Below are positions 63,201 through 64,000 of a DNA stretch of 64,000 nt, one piece after another; positions within the stretch are counted from its first letter, which is position 1; each line of letters opens with the position of its first letter. Source of the DNA: Diadema antillarum (taxonomy: Eukaryota); NCBI RefSeq assembly GCF_040938485.1, contig NW_027271077.1:186001-250000 (forward strand). Reading direction: 5' to 3'. The notes under the pieces were generated by a model. The model had not been told where the DNA came from, made no database searches, and saw only the letters and a list, made by a program, of their open reading frames with translations. The position numbers were made by a program, and so were the translations under genes.

Positions 63201-64000
63201 ATTGTATAAGCGTTTACCAAAGACATTTGCTACGTCCCATCGACGATTAATGGAGAACATTGTTTAACCAATGTAAGACGATACCTAGGGTGACTTTTCG
63301 ATAGGGCACTACAAAATGAGCTCACCTCATTCCGTCTACATGCTGCAGACAACAGTAGATGAAAACGACCCGCAGAGAGAGTGAAGTTAGACTTGCACTG
63401 CCTTCGCGAAAAATACCGGAACAATAATTGGCTGAAAGGAAAGAAATGAGACATATTACAAGGATGAATTTAATCAGCGTGTAGTGCGAGGGAATACCAT
63501 AGAAATGGTGGGACACGGTCATACGTTCTTGTCAGTGCCAGCTATCTGGTTCGACTTCTTGTATGAATCGGAGACGAATTTGAGAAGTTTCACCGCGCTA
63601 TGGACGCCCGAGGGACAACTCTCTGATGAAAGTCGAAAAGATAAGAAAGCAAGACCTCCTCTTCTTTCGAAGAGAGCAACATAGCTATGTAATCAATCAA
63701 TGATCACATGAAACTGTGGAGGATACCCAGTGACCTTTTGGAGAGCAATTTCGCTTGCCGTTTCGGTGAGACTGGAAATAAACTATCGAATGAAAATGAG
63801 AGTTTTTCCTGTTTACAATTTAGTTCAGACTGCAGAGGACATGCGTCTGACGCGCCATCACGGCGTGCGCTCGTAATTACCTGCTTACGGATTGCGGCAC
63901 GTTCGGTGCGCATCCTTTCCCGCAAGTTTAGTCCATCCTTTTTTTTTTCTCTCTCTCTCTCTCTCTCTGTTTTCAACTTCATATGCCATACGGACCAGGG

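Noticed and set aside
1-64000. Conserved miRNAs, full tRNA/rRNA/snRNA genes, homeobox, telomeric arrays
   Set aside because: I did not spot any recalled conserved mature miRNA sequence, complete cloverleaf or homeodomain by eye. This is not a substitute for an Infernal/Rfam or BLAST search.

Overview
This is eukaryotic, AT-rich, almost entirely non-coding DNA with two assembly gaps. The repeat landscape (tRNA-derived SINEs, TTAA-flanked MITEs, long poly-C/G and TA tracts) suggests a marine invertebrate, most likely an echinoderm; this is inference. No complete protein-coding gene is visible, and none of the supplied ORFs looks like an intact gene. A few splice-site-bounded candidate exons (best: 12453-12545, + strand) suggest the window is mostly intron of a large gene that I cannot name. 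The dominant feature is a dense set of non-autonomous DNA transposons and foldback palindromes. The most interesting object is a ~1.2 kb element at 46291-47477. It combines a 179-bp hairpin, repeated inverted half-sites resembling tyrosine-recombinase sites, and a broken reading frame resembling the N-terminal part of Crypton/DUF3504 tyrosine recombinases. It lies between (TA)n tracts and next to two other TSD-less palindromes. Also notable are a 4.5 kb element with ~1 kb inverted arms and nested insertions, and several TTAA|AG...CT|TTAA (Kolobok-like) MITEs. I see no convincing evidence of a wholly new biological system. The findings are mostly transposon architecture and unconfirmed splicing or regulatory candidates.
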